NCBI GenBank assembly: GCA_013265495.1
Contig: MU058844.1
Location: forward strand, 6,943,260-7,007,259
Length of the DNA stretch: 64,000 nucleotides
From: Vicugna vicugna
Lineage: Eukaryota
Direction of reading: 5' to 3'
Shown: positions 13,200-27,966 of the stretch, piece after piece
Layout of the letters: each line of letters begins with the position of its first letter
Position numbering within the stretch: position 1 is the stretch's first letter
Notes under the pieces: generated by a model
Database searches by the model: none
Told to the model about the DNA's origin: nothing
Seen by the model: only the letters and a program-made list of their open reading frames with translations
Made by a program: the position numbers and the translations under genes

Positions 13200-13533
13200 T
13201 CAATGGGTATAAAATTTCAGTTATTCTAGAATAAGTTCTGGGGATCTGCTGTATAACACAGTGACTGGAGTTAACAATATATTTATCATGCACTTCAAAA
13301 TTTGTTAAAAGGGTATATCTAATGTTAAATGTTCTTACCACAAAAAAACAAAAATGAAATGAAATAAAAGAACACAAGGAAACCTTGAGAGGTGTTGGGT
13401 AGGTATGTTACCTTGATTGTGGTGATGGTTTCACAGGTGTTTGTCTATGTCCAAACTATGCAATTTGTACATATTAAACATGTGCTGTTCTTTGCATATT
13501 CAGTATACTTCAATAAAACTGTTGAAAAAAAAG
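13200..13533 (+). mobile_element. L1MA/L1MB 3' end with poly(A)
   Basis: GGGTATAAAATTTCAGTTA...CTTGATTGTGGTGATGGTTTCACAGGTG...TACTTCAATAAA plus A-tail. Confidence 0.85.
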
Positions 13534-13664
13534 AATTAAATAATTAGATATGTATCTTCTGAGTTTTCTTGACTGGTATCTGAATATTCCACTGGGATCT
13601 TAATCAACGAAAGTCAAAACACACCTAAAGCTGAGTTTTTGTTATGCATCACCTCTTTGAACTT

Positions 13665-13940
13665 GTTCAGTAAGTAGATCTTGTTGTTGTAAGAAAAGAA
13701 TCCTCAAATCTCAGTAGCTTAGAAAGCAAAGATTCTCACTTGTTGGTTGTGGAAGTTTGTTTCAAATTGCCACCTCAGGAACCAGGACTCCACTATCTGG
13801 ACCACTATCAAATGCCATGCTGGATGGACAATTGTGCACACATAGAAAACATGCCACATCACTAATACTTGGGCCAAAGAAAGTCCGTTAGCAACACGTA
13901 ACTTTAAAAACACAGGTATGTGTACTTCTATTGTATTCTT
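13665..13940 (-). mobile_element. Old MaLR LTR (MLT1) fragment
   Basis: TGTAAGAAAAGAATCCTCAAATCTCAGTAGCTTAG resembles an antisense MLT1 end; heavily decayed. Confidence 0.45.
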
Positions 13941-14059
13941 AGAAGGAATACTGTCCTCTACTACTTTTAGTTAAAAAAAAAAAAAGTGATTTCCCTAAAA
14001 GAACAACTGAGGAATTTAGAGTTAGCACAGGGTCTTTTTTGTATAGCTTAGCAGGATGT

Positions 14060-14300
14060 TGACAAATCTGGCTTTAAGATCTCAAAAATATTAATTTAAA
14101 TGTGTATGCCTTTTTTTTAAGCTGTGTGTGTCTTTAAGAAATTTATTTACTATCTCTAAACTTCAGTATCCATCTCTGAAAAATGTGTTAGTACTTTGTT
14201 GCCATATAGAATGATCATGAAGATTAAATATGACAACCTATGAAAAATGCATGGCATATAGTTTATATGTTGCAACATGATGATAACATAGTAGGTACTA
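14060..14300 (+). mobile_element. MIR
   Basis: CTTCAGTATCCATCTCTGAAAAATG...GAAGATTAAATATGA...CATAGTAGGTACT. Confidence 0.65.
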
Positions 14301-15584
14301 ACATGACAATTACTATTATTTCACCGAATTATTACAATAACAAATGTATTTCATCAGAAATTCACCGAGGAATATATAGTGAACCATGATTCACAGTTTC
14401 TATTAGTCAGGGCTACACCACAGTAAATTGGGCAGTTTAATTAAAAAAGTACTTCTTTAGTTGTTATTATATGGAGGACATTGTATTAGAGACAGAGAAT
14501 ACAAAGATGAGTAAGATTTGGTTATCCATAATTTCAAGTAAAATTTTGAGGCAACACAATTAAGTGCTCTGCTAAAGAATTATATAAAAGCTGCAAAAGA
14601 GACAAAAGGGAGAGGTATCCAACCCAGCTACCTGAAGAGGGGATTAGTGAACTGAGAAAAACTTGGAGCAAAATATAAAGCAGAAGATTATGGACAGATG
14701 GATATATCCATAGTCATTACACGTATCTATCACCTATTTCCTTTTCTTTGGATTTCCAGCTAGTGTGATGAACAAACAATTGTGATTATCAACTATGGCA
14801 ACAGCATAAGTATCAAATCTTAATTAATATAGGATATAATTGGCATCTCATCAAAAGTAAAAAAAATTTGCTAATTTTGTAGAAAATTACTTATTTAATT
14901 TGGGGTTGAAAGAACAGATATCTTCTTTTCACTTAAACTAATTTCAATGTCATATTCATTCATTAAAATTATATTATTTACACTTAATTTTGTGGAGTTT
15001 TATGTTATACAATAGTAATGTGAGTTGCTCAATCTGCTTAAGAGTTTTATTCTCTTGACAATAGGGTTTGCTTCAATTAGTCATCACTGTGCTGGGAACA
15101 GTGTTGGTGTTGGATGTCAGAGATTGTCATGTATCCAATTCTTATTACTCCTTTTTGTTGAAGAAAAGAAAGTGACAATAATAAATCTGGAAAAAACTAT
15201 GGATGAATGGACTTGGGGATTTTGATTTGACAAAACATTCTCCAATTATTTTGAGTGTCTTGGTTCAGGCAAAATACTTTGTCAAGCAACATTTCTCATT
15301 GCTTTATCTTATTAAATAAAATCGAAAACATATGGTCATAATTACTGACACATAGCAAAACAGTATAAAAAAGTTTATGAATTCTTTGTAGATTTATGAG
15401 TTACATCCCTTTACTAAGGTTTTTTTTTAATGACATTTTAACTGGGAATTGGGATTTAAAGAATGAGAGCATTGAAGCTATTTAGAATCTACTGAAGTCC
15501 AATAAGATGGGAAATGATATGCTCATCAAGTAATCCATCGGTGGATTTTCATATGTACAAATTTTGAAGATGATTCATGAGCCA

Positions 15585-15725
15585 GTATGGTACATGTAAA
15601 GAAAATTGAAACTGGAGTCACAAAACATAGGTTGAAATCTAGACTCTCTGCTTTTTATTCTCTAAGCTTCAGTTTCTCATCTACATAATAGAGACATTGA
15701 CTTGTACTCCACAGAATTGTTCTGA
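15585..15725 (+). mobile_element. MIR fragment
   Basis: CTGGAGTCA...GGTTGAAATC...TCTAAGCTTCAGTTTCTCATCT. Confidence 0.6.
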
Positions 15726-16115
15726 ACAAACATTAAGTTACTAAAATACATTAAAATAATACATGACTCCTTGTACAGGGAAAACACATAAGAAATTCTC
15801 TTTGAATGAAATAGTATAGCATGGAGTTCTGTGGGTTAAGACTTAATATTACACACTTAAATTCTCTTTTTATTACTTCTGTGCCCTATCTATCGATTGA
15901 TCTATCTATCATGTCTCATACTCAGATTTTCAGAGCTGGTTCCATTTGATAATTCTGTATCTTCCTGAGATGGACAGCATCCATAGCCAGCCAAAATCTT
16001 GTGTATTAATGGGCTGGCTGGCTGGTTGTTCAGTGTTCACCTCCTCCTCCCTTTTTAATACCTTTGCAACAAAGTTTTATATTGAGCAGAACACCAATTC
16101 CAGAGTCGGGCTCCA

Positions 16116-16636
16116 ACTACAGGGAGAATAGCAAAGACTGTCATAATGCTAGCCTCCAGGAATAGAAGTCCCTTGCATCTTGGTATCTGAGTCACCAAGG
16201 AAAACACAACACAGCAAGCACTGGATGGAACAATGCTTTTACTCACACAGAGAATACAGAGCAAGATCAACTCTAATGGTGTGGTAAGTCCCTCAGGACT
16301 AGAAAGTGTCCCTGGCAACCGACACAGGACAATTGGCCTCTGTGTCCCATTTTCATGCCCCAGCAGAAAGACCCTTACTGCCCCTCTGTGAGGTCTGAAA
16401 TACTGAAAGCTGGGGCATGCTTGAGGGCCTCTAATGTATATGCTTACATAGAGCAAAGGAGCAGCCATTGAGCAGCAAACAGGAAAACAAACTCCCTCCA
16501 AAGCGACCAGCCCCACACAAGCTGTGTGGGCCCTTTATTACTTGCTAAAAAAATGTTCCCGGACCAAAGCCCACTGTTACTGAATCGGCTGAATGAAAAT
16601 CAATAAACTGTGCAAAGGAGACTGCCTTCCCCAATA
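16116..16636 (-). mobile_element. ERVL-class solo LTR (MER54/MER73/MER74 group)
   Basis: The minus strand begins TATTGGGGAAGGCAGTCTCC and contains CTCTGTGTGAGTAAAGCATTGTTCCATCC. This GC-richer block explains the 153-aa ORF. Confidence 0.6.
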
Positions 16637-19600
16637 TTTTAAATTAAATTTCAGTCAATAAAACAATGCACTAATACATGAATAGGAAATTAAAAAACAC
16701 AGGTTTATCACTAAGAGGAGCAAACAAAAAATACATTTTACATAATAGATTTGAAGAATTCAGATATCTGTATATGCCTCTTTTAAAATATGTCTTTTCA
16801 GACATTTTTAAAAGCTTGACAATTTAGCATACAGAAAATTCAAACCCTGATTTAGAAGACAAAGCTTTAATTTTTGGTAACACATTTCCTTGCTAAAGGG
16901 TCTAAACTGAGCAGTTTTTAGCATCTACTTTTATACCTTTTTCATGCACGTAACTCCCCTCAACATCACTAAACTCCCATTGACTTCAACATGGACAATT
17001 TAATTGAAACTTCTGCATGCCCAACACTTACTAACATAAATTAAAGGAAAAAAAATAATTAGTTTCAGTGGGAGTTATGTCAATGTGCAGATCGGAGACT
17101 GGAGCCAAAGTTGTTACTCATTTTCACAGTTTTGATGGTCTCCCAAATTAGAACCATGATCTTATTTTTAAAATAAAATAAGAAAAACAGATTCTCATTT
17201 CTACTGTGTACAGGTTAGGAGTGAAATGAAAGGTCTTCCTGGTTCCCCATACTTTCAAACCATGTTTGTTTTTTAATACACCATGAGAAACAGTGTATAA
17301 CATACGAAGATTGATCTTACTCTTCCTAAGAGAATGCCTATGTGAGATATATTTCTTGGATCAAATATTTTTCTCATCTTTATTTTCTAAGGATACTGTA
17401 AGTGAAATTAGGAATATTACTAAAGCAAATACTTTATTTAGGATAGACGCTAAACATAAAGCCATGTTTAAAAGACGTTTAAACCATGAACCATAACACT
17501 AAATTGAATCAACATATTTTATTGATTAAATCCCTATTTATCTTAAATTTTTCTTAAGATATCAACTATGTTCATTTTAAAACTGTAGAAACTTGCACTA
17601 ATTCCAAGTATTCTTTCTGAGATTCAACAAAATAGTTTTTTTGTGTGAAGAGGAATCATTATTTTTGTCACAAATAAGATGGCCAAATACAGACAAAACT
17701 AAAAGAAAACTTCAAATATGAAAATCTTATTAATATAATTTATAAAGGCAAAGGCCCTGAGAAAATTTAAGCTATGATACATGATACATTCATTTTTAAA
17801 AAATTATGAATATTATTAATTACCTCTTTGAACTTTGATAATACTTTTTTAGATTATTACTTTACACAGTAATCTTAGAATAAAATATATGGAGAAAACT
17901 ATTCGGATGATACAAAATGAAAAATGCTATCCTATAACAAACCAACATGTAATCTTATTAGTATGCAATTTTAAGTATATTTGCCAAATGAAAAATGCTT
18001 TGCTTGGTTTTAGGAACCACGTCATTGATAAAATAAAAAAGGAATTACATCATTTCTGAAGGACTAATTTAATCAAAAGGAGTAAAGGTATTATTAAGAA
18101 ATGATAGGATCTTAAAGCACTTAAATAAATAATGAAATAGAAAATGGTAATAAGTTGGCAACATAACAGAAAGAATAAGCCTATTTCCTGATTGACAGAT
18201 CATAACTGGATGTGAATATTCAAACAAATAAAAATAGGTACTGTTTTCCCTTGAATCTTTAATATTATGCTATTAAATTACTTATTTTTTCCAATATTGC
18301 ATTTTTTTCCTAAAAGTAAATACTATTACTCTGAAAGCTTTCTGTTAAGAATTGTTTTCTTGTTTTCATGAGATATATATGTCTCTACCGTGAACATTTT
18401 CTTTCCTATAAAAACTAACATCTGTAATAGAATTAGCCTATAATGTACTCTAAGGAAGGTTTTATAATTATTTTAAAACTTTTTTCCAGCTACCTTTACT
18501 CTTTTACTTGGTTATATCAGTTCTAATTGCTGCAAATCCATGTACAGATATGGTTGCCAACTATTAAAGCATGGGAATACATCCTTTCTTAGAAATTAAA
18601 GGACCAGGACCAAGTGTGATGCTCTTGTGTGTTAAAAATGTATGCTACACTGTTAGCTATATTAATTTCAGGCCAGCACACCTGAAACCTAAAACTCACT
18701 CCACATCCCAAATAAAAGTCTGTTAGCACAAGACAAATAATTCCTCTGAGGACATGATTTCTTCAGAAGATACAGTTTGTCTTATACATATGCTGATAAT
18801 TCAAAGAAACTGTAACACATCTGCTTAGTTCTTTCCAAACTAACTAATTACAAACAGAAGTTACAGCAGAACATTCTGTGAAATGGTGGAAAATAGACCC
18901 ATAATTCATAATTTCATAGCATACAAGTTGAATTCAGGTTGCCTGCTCACAGTTTTCATGAAGACTCAACAAATAATTGAAATAATTTATGAAACCATGT
19001 ATTACTTTCTCTGTTTCAGTTTTTTAAAACAATTAAAGTAAAGGGATAGAGTCTCTTATATAGAACTAAATCTTGAACTACTACTGTATAAACATAGGAT
19101 GGAGGTAGATAAAATTCTCATGCAAAAAGCCAGAAGTCTGGCCAGATGAATAAATAGTAAAAATGAGTCCAAATACAAAGTTTATTGTGGAAGACATTGC
19201 AGCAAAGAGAACTCTTCACACATCAGGGTCTGGCTCAGTACACGACAATTTCTTGGTAGAAGGAGGTAAGGAAGAAAATTTATTTGCTCAAGTTTTATGA
19301 GGTAGTCTATAAAAATATTAAAAGACTGGTGTGTTGTTTCCTTTAACTCACATTGCTCATAAAACTGATTGTTGCCAAAGATCTACCATTGACTCTCAAG
19401 AAACAGTAAAATCAAGCTCTTATCTCCTTGGGACCAGAAGTCGTCTTCTCAGTGTTTTAACTTGGAGATCATGGCTTATGTGCTTTGGCCTGGTCCTTTA
19501 ACTATGAACTAGCTCCTGCAACCTGTAACCATCGGCCTTAATGCGTTTTCACACACGAGCCACACTGGCTTAAATTCACCACAGAGTCTGGTAAAATACT

Positions 19601-21454
19601 TCTGCACTGATGCTCTGTTTTGTTTAGCTTTGAGTGATGAAGTCAATATTCAAACACAGATTAGTGTTAAAATCGGAATTCTATAATGGTTGTTTAAATT
19701 TTCCTGATTTGCAGTCTGATATGCAATATTTCCCAGGATACCTAAGAGTCAACTACTAGGCTGCCAGTTGGAACATACAATGAGGATTGCAAAAGCCTCA
19801 GTATTTGTGGTATTTCTGTCATTTAGCATTGTCATATCAGGCAGTCAGACTGAATATGCGCCAGTGCCTATTGAGACTACCTAAATGCTAGACTGTTGGA
19901 AGGAGGTGATGTGGAGAATTTTATTCTGTTTGAATCACATTAAGACTCTGATTCATTTCTGGACCAGACTATGAACCTAGGCTCCTGAGGTGCTGAAACT
20001 GGAAAAATCCATCCACTATCATTTAATTTGGTCATTTCCAAGTTTGGCTGAGTATTAGATTCACTTGGGGAGTTTTTTGTTGTTGTTTGTTAGGTTTGTT
20101 TGTTTGTTTGTTTTTTGTTTTTAGGAGATCCTGGGGACATGATACAGATTCACATTTTCTAATTTTTTGTTGGTTTGTTATTTCCCCATGCTAGTCTCAT
20201 TTATAGTTTCTCCTTGGCAGCATTTAACTGGGAGTCTGGCTGGAGCTAGCCTGTTCAAATGGTCTTTATCCACTTGGCCTTTACAACACAGAGTCACTAA
20301 GAGTAGGACCCAGGGATCTTTATGTTATTTTTAAAGACATTTTCGTAAGTGATCTTGATTCATTAGAATTGGTGAAGAAATATATGAGGAAATGAGAGCA
20401 TGTATCCAGACAGGTTCAACACCGTGCATGAGTCATCACAGCTGGTTAATGGTGAGGCCCAGTCTAGAACTCAGATCTTTGGAAATTTGGGGCCTAGACT
20501 TATTTGTCCACATCATTCCATATTTTGATGCTGCATATAGAATAATAAAGGCTTAACATACCAAGTAATGCCGTAGGACCATGCACTGATGTGTGATATT
20601 TTAAAATCTATTATAAAGTTACAGATTTTTTAGATGGATAATACATGTATAAGTTTGTAATTGTGTGTATGTTGTGTGTTTATGTGTGTGTGTGAGTGTG
20701 TTTGTTTAAACCTAGCTGAAGAGCCAGAAAATTCTTTTACTCTTTGGATATAAATCAATGTTGAATTCCCATCTGCTAGCCTTAGTTGGGCTTCTGGTTT
20801 TTCCATGCCTCCTGCTTCAGCAATCATTTTAAGCCATTGGCTTATATTTTCAGTTGCACCTTTTTCAAGGTTAAGGAAGAAAAGTCTTAAGACCTATACC
20901 ATTAGGAGCATTCCAAAATCTCAATGTCCTCAAACCTAGGCTTAGCTTAGCAAGAAGCTATTTTCCACAACCTATGATGAAGGCCTAGCTATAAAGGCCC
21001 ATCCCATGTGTAAGGAATGCCATTTTCACAGGAAGATTTACAGTGAGATTATACTTTGTCTTTATGGGAAGTCACAGCAGCATCTTCAAATGTGTTGGCA
21101 CATTTGATCTCTTCTGAAAACCAGAATACAATCATCCAGCATCTAAGCTACTAAAAGTAAATTAAACAAACCAGCTTAGTTACTTCTCATAAATTTTCCT
21201 TACAGACAAGATAAAGACCAGATCTACATCTCCAGTTTATCTTTCAGTCATGCCTTAAAAGATAACAGGAAAGTAAACACACAATAAGAAAAAATAATAT
21301 GTTGATATAAAACAGACCAAATCAAGATTGAGAAAAATGAACAATTTTCAACAGGAAATATTTTCTTTAGGACAACTACTCCGCCTATTGTAAACAAATA
21401 TTTTCTGTTTTTAAGCAGAATAATTTAGCATGTTGGAGATAAAATCCTGAATAT

Positions 21455-21840
21455 CTGTTACAGGAAAGGCTTCTACTCCTCATCACCAGCCAGCTTCCCT
21501 TTCCTTTTGAACACATTACACTTTACAGTTCCTTTTCTCCTAACAGAGACAGAGCCGTGTGACTTATTCTAGCCAGTGTGCTGTGGGAAGAAGTGGAGCC
21601 AGGGTGAGATTCCGCTGATCTCTTGTCAGAACAACTACATCGACCTTTACTGAGACAGAGGAACAAATTGGCATAGTCTGGATCACTGAGTAGTAACATA
21701 GGAAATAGTTTCCCTGGAGAGTCACCCAGACTTCAGTTCCATTTTGTACGAGAAGTAAAATTTCCTTTTTTGTGCAACTGAGATTTTGATGAATTTTCTT
21801 TGTTTTGACTGCAACATATTCTTATCCTACTCCAACTAAG
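21455..21840 (+). mobile_element. Old MaLR LTR (MLT1)
   Basis: GCCGTGTGACTTATTCTAGCCAG...CACCCAGACTT...ACTGAGATTTTG...TGACTGCAACATA. Confidence 0.55.
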
Positions 21841-21989
21841 GAAAGTTCATTTCAAAAGAGTTTTGTTCCTCCTCTTAAATAGCAACTATAATTGTTTGCC
21901 TAGTGGTTGTTCCTAAAGGTAAATTAAGCTCTCCTTTGGTATCTTATAATATGTACAGTGGCTGCTGTCCTAAAACCCTACATTGCTCT

Positions 21990-22190
21990 GGGGTAGGGAA
22001 GGACATGAGGAAGTTGTCTGAGGTGCTGGTAGTGGTTTGTTTCATGATCTGGGGCTTCTTTACACATAAGAGTGTAATTTGTGAAAATTCATCAATGCTG
22101 GATACAAAGGTGTATTTGCATTTGTCCATCTGTACACTTAAAATTTGTATAATTTTCTAAATAAATGTTTTATTCTACTTAAAAGTTTAC
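21990..22190 (+). mobile_element. L1ME-type 3' UTR fragment
   Basis: GGACATGAGG...GGTGCTGGTAGTG...TTGTGAAAATTCATCAATGCTG. Confidence 0.6.
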
Positions 22191-22756
22191 TAAAATAACT
22201 TTAAAAGACATAAACTGTCTTGTTTCTATTTGCTTTAAAGTTTCTCCTTGAAAAAAACTGTAAGATCTTTGAGGTCTGAAATATAAGATTATTTTCTTTA
22301 AACCCCCAGAGCCTGAGTATCAATTTGTCCTTGGAAAGATTAATAAATTTTTGTAGGAATATCAGGAACAGAAAAAGGGAGATTACCCTTGTGTCTGTGT
22401 CCACTGAATTAAAATCAGCTCAAACTTCCACTGTACTCCTTAAGGGAATCTTGCAAATGGGAGTAGATGTGTGCCATCTTTAGTTCTGGGCTTCTGATTC
22501 CATATAATTTGTTTAAATTATAGTTCCTGTAATATGCTTTATATGTCATCTCTCTTCGATGAATCAACCTAGATAGAAAACTCAGTCACTTGCTTAATCA
22601 AAAATAAAAGAACAAAAAAATCAAATTCTCAGAAGACACCTGAATATGTGATAAACTTGACTGAAGATTGTAGCTAAATAAAGAAGAAGTGCATATTAGA
22701 TCTGAATACACTATTTAAAATTGGATCAATTTATTATTTATCTTAAAAGAACTTCA

Positions 22757-25700
22757 GCGGACTTCTGGTTTTTGCTCTGACATGCAGAGCTTGGAAATCC
22801 TTACTCCCTTCCTTCCAATAAGAAAAATAAAAACTGAGTAAGCTAAACATTACCTTTTCTTGAGTCTTTTGAAGCATGTACATGCTAATTTTGATGCATT
22901 TTTAGTGGCTGGGTATGAACTAGTTTGAGGGTGAAAACTCCTGGAGGCTATAGACTTAGAGAAGCACAGACTTTTATGGATTTTACCTCCAAAGACCCCA
23001 CGAGGTCTCGTGGATCTGATAAAGATCTCCTTCTAGCTCTGGTAGTGAAGGGAACTATAATCAATGCAAAATACACCCAGAACATTTTCCAGAGCAAAGG
23101 CCTGCCTCCTTGAGAAAAGAGGAAGCATCTTATTCGAGGTGGAGAAGGACATTTTTCCTCTCTTTCTGTCAACCCACACACTCCAATGTAAGGGAAAAGA
23201 CAAGCTTTGCAAATGGAGAAACCACTCGTGATGATCACAGCCTGGGGACATAGGCCTACAAAATGTTTGAGATTTACGATTTAATTATGAGGTTACAGAA
23301 TGTTTCTCCTCTCCAACATCTTACCACTACAACAAGAGATCAGCAGGGCTGCAATATAGTAGTGAATTAAACCTGAAAAAGATTCAAGACACAGGCTATG
23401 TCTGAAGAAAAGTATTTAGAGAAGTTCAAAATAAACAGGGGATACAAAAATAAAGAAGCTAAGAAATCTGAAGACTCTGGAACCTACAGCTACAGCAAAC
23501 ATTAAATCCAGCCCAAATTCTAGCCAGATAAACAAGAAACTTCACAGTAAAGACCTATTTTCTCAGTTCCTATTACCTGACACACCATTTCAGGTATTCA
23601 ACAGATGATTGCTAGGCTTGCCAAAGGCAAGAAAAAACACAATCTGAAAGGACAAAGCAAGCATCAGAACAAGACACACACAGATGTTGTAATTATCAGA
23701 CAGGGGATTTAAAATAACTGTGATTAATATGTGGAGGATTCTAAGGGAAAAAGTAGACAACATGCAGATATGTATTATAAGCAAAAAGTAGGATCTCTAG
23801 GGAAGAATTAAAAAGAAAAGTTAGAAATAAAAAAAAAACTGTAGAGAAATGAAGACTGCGAGTGATGGGATCAAAAATAAATGACACCAGGGAAAGAATT
23901 CATGAGACTGAAGATAGGTCAATAGAAATTTTCCAAAGAGAAAAAGAATTTTAAAAAAAGGAACAGAACATTCAAACCATGGAACAATTTCAAAAGATAA
24001 AAATACACAGAAGGAGAAGGTAGAAGAAAGCAGAAGAAATATTAATATATTAATGGCTATGAACATAACAAATTAATTACCAAACCAGAGTTACAGTAAG
24101 CTCAGGAAACATCATGCTAGATAAATACAAACAAAATGAAACAAAACAAAACAACAGAAAACCTATGCCTAGGCAAAGCATATTCAATTGTGGAAAAACC
24201 TAAGACAAAACAAAACAAAATGAAACAAAAGTGAAGGCTGTCAAAGAAAAACAAGTACTTTACCTATATGAGAGCAAGGAAAAGAATCACAGTGGCCATG
24301 GCATCAAAAAATATGAAGTCATAAGAAAGTGGAGTAAAATATTTAAGGTGTATAAGAGGGAAAAACACCACTGTAACCTAGAATTCTATATTCAGTAAAA
24401 TTATCCTTCAAAAGTGAAGTAGAAATAGAAATTTTTTCAAAAATTTAAACTGAGATAATTCATCACTGTTAGATCTTCCTTGCAGGAAATGTTAAAAGAT
24501 TTTCTTAGGCAGAAAGAAAATGACGTAAGACAGAAGCTCAGGTCTACAAAAATAATGGAAGAATATTTAAGAAGTAATAAACAGAGGTAAAATAAAAGCT
24601 TCTATTTTTTCTGATTAACTGATATAAATGATAACTGTTTAAGCAAAAATAGTAGTACTTCTAGACTATGAAAGTTTACTTTAATAGAATATTAAACACA
24701 GAATTAAAGTAAATTGGATCATCCCAACATACGAATGACAGCAATGTCTTAAGGAAAGGGAGAAATTAGGAATATTTTACTACATATACACATGCACTAT
24801 GTGTAAAGTGATGTAGTGTTATTTGAAGTTAGGCTTAGAATATTTGAAAACTATATTTTAGAAGATCAATGTAAGCCCAAAGCAGCAGGAGAAAAGAAAT
24901 AATAAACAGGAGAGCAGAATTTAGTGTAATTGAAAAGAGAAAAGCAATAGAGAAAATTAGCAAAACCAAAGCTGGTTCTTTGACAAGATAAATAAAATTT
25001 ATGATTGTCTAGCCAGGATAACCAAGAAAAATGAAAATTACCAACATCAGAAATGTCAGAGGGTAACCACTACTAATTCTCTGGACATTAAAAGGATAAT
25101 AAAGTACTTCTATAAAAAACTTTATGCTCATAAATACAGTAACTTAGATAAAATGGACTATTTCTTGAAAGATAACAAATATCAAACTCATTCAAAGAGA
25201 AATATATAATCTTAATAGGCCTATATCTAGTAAATAAATTAAATTAATAATTAATAATCTTCATAAAAAGAGAGCACCAGACCTAGATTGTTTCCATAAT
25301 GAATTCTATCACACATTTAAAGAAGAAATACCAATTTTTCACAAATATTTCCAAAAAATTAAAGCAGTGGGACCATTTTAAAACTCATTCTATTAGGTCA
25401 GAATCACCGTCACAACAAAACTAGATAACATCATTTCAAGAACAGAGTTCTTCAACTAATATCTCTCATGAACGTAGATGCAAAAATCCTCAGCATAGTA
25501 TTTGCAAATCAAATCTAACAATGCTTAGCAAAAGTTGTACACCAAGATTAAGTGGGATTTATTTTAGGAACAAAGCTGATAGATTTAACATTCAAACATC
25601 AGTGTTATCTACTACACCAAGTAGATAAAAATAAAAATTATATAATCATGACAATTAATGCAGAAAAAGCATTTAACAAAACCCAATACCATTTATGATA

Positions 25701-27150
25701 AAAATTCTCAGCCAACTTGGATTAGAGGAAGACTTTCTCAACTTGGAAAAGGATATCTGCCAAAAAGACTTGGTGCTAATTTCGTATTTAATTATGAGAT
25801 ATTAGACATTTTCTCTTTTGATTGATAACAGGCAAGGATGTTCCCCTCATTGTACCCATTAAATATTGTTCTATAAGTCATAGCAAGTGCAATAGAAAAA
25901 ATAAAATAAAAGATAAATAGATTGGAAAGGAAAATAAAATTACCTTTATTGTAGATGATATGTGACTTGATTGCTTATGCAGAAAGCCCTAAAGACTTAA
26001 CCAAAACCAAACCAAATCAAACCAAAAAACACCCTGGAACTAAAAATGAGTAAAGCAAGGTTACAGGATATAAGGTTAATATACAAGAGTCAATTGCTTT
26101 CCTATAGCTCAGCAATAAACAATTGGAATTTGGAATTTTAAAAATGCTATTGAACACAGATTTTTTTAAAAAATCAAAGAAATACTTAGGTATAAATCTA
26201 ATAAAATATAGGTAGGATCTATATGTGGAAACTATAAAACTCCGATGAAAGAAATAGAAGAATGTCTAAATAAATATTCAGCTCTGCTGAAGACACTATT
26301 GAGAGAATCATAAGACAAGAAATAGACTGGTTGAAAGTAATTAGAAAAATACAAAGAACTTGTATCCAAAATATACAAAGAACCATTAATATTCAACAAT
26401 AAGAAAGCAAACAGCCTAATAAAAATGGTGGGTAAATTACCTGAAAATACATATAACCAAAGAATATATAAAGATGGCAAATAAACATATAAAATGATGC
26501 TCAACATCTTTTGTCATTAGTGAATTGCAAATTAAAGCAATTACACTACAAACTATACAAATTATCAAAATCCAGTAACATACAATACTCATTGTTGGGA
26601 AGGAAGCAGAGCAAACGGAACTGTCATTTATTACTGGTGGAGATGCAAAATGGTACAGCAACTTTGGCAAAGCTAAAGATAGTCTTACCAAGCAATATAA
26701 GCTATTGTTCTCTAGGTGTATATCCAACTCCTTTGAAAACTTATATCCACATAAAAACTTGCACATGAATATTTATAGCAGTTATAGTCATGATCACAAA
26801 ATCTGAAATCAGCCAATAGGTGAATGGATAAACAATCTGTGGTATATCTATACAATTGAGTATCATTTAGCAATTTTTAAAAAAAGAGCTACCACACCAC
26901 AAAAAGACATGGGTGAATTTTAAATGCATATTAATATTGAAACAAGTATACCTAGGAAGTCCATGATTCCAACTGTATGACATGTGGAAAAGATAGCAAC
27001 TCTAAAAAGTTCAATGGTTTTCAAAGGCTCAGAGGCAGGTAAGGAGTGTTGAATAGGTGAAGCACAGGGATTTTTCTAGGATGAAACTATTCTCTATGAT
27101 ACTGTAATAGTGAATGCACGGCATGATGAATTTCAAAACCCACAGGACTT
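22757..27150 (+). mobile_element. Old L1MC-type LINE retaining 5' UTR, ORF1, partial ORF2 and 3' UTR; non-coding
   Basis: ORF1 remnant (ACCTAGAATTCTATATTCAGTAAAATTATCCTTCAAAAGTGAAG at about 24377). RT remnants AEKAFNKTQ at about 25660 and a decayed FADD at about 25950. ORF2 C-terminal remnant in ORF 26511-26768 and an L1MC-like 3' end. Many stops and indels; the endonuclease region appears deleted near 24860. Confidence 0.9.
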
Positions 27151-27966
27151 GAGCAGTAGGGTTGCTTCCACATTTTGATTATTGTAAACAGTGCTGCTAT
27201 GAACACTGGGGTATATTTTTTTGAACGTGTTTGTTTTTACCACATATATAACCAGGAGTGGAACTGCTGGGTCATATGGTAGTTCTATTTTTAGTTTTTT
27301 TTGAGTTACCGCCACACTGTTTTCTGTAGTAGCTGCAAAAATTTACATTCCCACTTAACAGTGTATAACCCTTCTCTTTACATCCTCTCCAACATTTGTT
27401 ATGTGTACAATTTTGATGATAGCCATTCTGATAGGGGTCAGATGAATGGATAAAGATGTGGTAGATTTTACACACACACACACACATATATATAAAGGAG
27501 TACTACTCAGCCATAAAAAGAACAAAATTCTGCAATTACAGCAACGTGCATAAGCCTAGAGAATATTATGCTTAGTGAAATGTCAGACAGAGAAAGACAA
27601 ATGCTGTATGATCATGATATCACTTACATGCAGAATCTAAAAAATAATACAAAAGAACGTGTATTGAAACAGAAACAAAGAAAATAAATTAATGGTTACC
27701 AGGGAGGGAAGGAGTAGGGGCAAATAAGAGGTAGGGGATTACAAGTAACACTAACTACCATGTATAAAATAGCTAAGCAACAAGAACAGATTGAATAGCA
27801 CAGTGAATTACAGTCATTATCTTGTAATAACTTTTAAAGCAGTGTAACCTGGAAATATTCTAAATCACTATGCTGTACATCTGAACTAGTATAATATTGT
27901 AAATCAACTATACCTCAATAAAAGCAAATAGAACAAGACATGATACTTGGCAAAAACAAAACAAAG
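27151..27966 (+). mobile_element. Younger 5'-inverted (twin-primed) L1 nested in the L1MC 3' UTR
   Basis: 27159-27437 is antisense ORF2 C-terminus. 27439 to about 27925 is sense ORF2 end/3' UTR with AATAAA. Decayed TSD AAAACCCACAGGACTT (27135-27150) vs AAAAACTATAGAACTT (27967-27982), 12/16. Confidence 0.85.

Noticed and set aside
16055..16516. 153-aa ORF
   Set aside because: It lies within an ERVL-class LTR.
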